DNA of 63,146 nt, counting the filler, from Reticulomyxa filosa (Eukaryota; Protista; Foraminifera), in assembly GCA_000512085.1 (NCBI GenBank). It is 13 parts of 13 records of this genome, joined end to end, with 100 filler letters (N's around TTAATTAATTAA, not from the genome) between each part and the next. Parts side by side here need not be neighbours in the genome. Positions count along the whole stretch, not along the records: positions 61,255 to 63,146 come from ASPP01002291.1; 12 more parts are not named here. One strand, given 5' to 3'. The notes under the pieces were generated by a model. It was not told the origin of the DNA, made no database searches, and saw only the letters and a program-made list of their open reading frames with translations. The position numbers and the translations under genes were made by a program. The first letter of the stretch is position 1, and the number at the start of each line of letters is the position of its first letter. Of the stretch, positions 62,319 to 63,146 are shown piece by piece.

Positions 62319-63146
62319 CTGTTTGGATCACAAATTACATACAATAAACAAAAAAAAAGGCAACAGACTTTCTGAAAGCTTGTAAATCAATATGTAATAA
62401 AATACGACTTGATTGCATTAAGCATTTACAATTTTTTCAAAAATTTTAATCTTTCATTACTTTAAAAAAATTTTTTGTGGTGCCTGAGTATGATAAGATT
62501 TGTTTTTTAAAATTTAATTCAAGTTTACAAACGTGTTATATCTCCTCTGGCTTTGAACAGTTTTTCTGATCAATCTGATAAATATACATTTAATCCCAAT
62601 TGAAACTGTTGATTTTTTTTGTTAAGATTCGATTACTTCTCTTCATCGTCTTTCATGTATGAAGTTTGAAAAAAAAGACGTTTATAGAGAGTTTTTTTTT
62701 GTTATAATTACTCATCAATCCAATTTTTGTTACAGAAAAATCTGCACAAGTAAAACAGTGATCTCATAGCTTTTCTAGGTATTTTGTTTAGTTTTCCAAC
62801 TTTGTTTTAACTTGGATTAACGAATTGTCGCTCTTTTGTTCCAGACTTAGAGTATACAATTCTTTTTTTCAGAGTTTGTATGTCTGTATTTACAATCTTT
62901 ACAGACAAGAGTTATTACGTGTGGTTTTTTACAGTTATCTATCATCAAAAATTAGGTTAGAATTAATCCTTATCACTTTCACTGTCATTTCTTAAAAAAA
63001 AATTTCAAATAATAAAAATACATTATGGACTCTGCTGCTATAGAAGAGAAACAATCGTATTCACTGGAAACTATGGCTATTGCATTTGAATCAATTATTG
63101 AAAAAAGTAATATCCACAAAAAGCGCTTCTATTGTATCTACGAAGG

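Overview
This is not one locus. It is 13 unrelated eukaryotic contigs joined by 12 artificial 100-bp linkers (N44-TTAATTAATTAA-N44), so adjacency across linkers is meaningless. The DNA is AT-rich with many spliceosomal introns and microsatellites. Its expanded WD40 and Kelch families look like those of the foraminiferan Reticulomyxa filosa (recognised from memory, not by search). Core genes: an Elongin-B-like ubiquitin-fold protein, PIG-U, a PX-domain protein, a KH RNA-binding protein, a sulfotransferase, an axonemal dynein heavy chain N-terminus, an SDP1/TGL4-type lipase, a G-patch/zinc-finger protein, RPS6, a GBF1-type ARF-GEF, a C2H2 factor, PEX13, a PKA regulatory subunit, ankyrin and PPR-Smr proteins, and a divergent actin. 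Very AT-rich contigs carry intact, broken and decayed WD40, TRAF and Kelch genes. Most notable: (1) one ~34-aa SOCS-box-like module sits in its own exon at the N-terminus of WD40 genes and the C-terminus of a Kelch gene, suggesting a shuffled, fast-turnover ubiquitin-ligase receptor repertoire; (2) a pseudo-CHAT/degenerate STAND NTPase/STAT-type SH2 fusion; (3) an actin paralog lacking Q137, D154 and H161. Exon boundaries were inferred by eye. Several frameshifts in A/T runs are probably sequencing errors.
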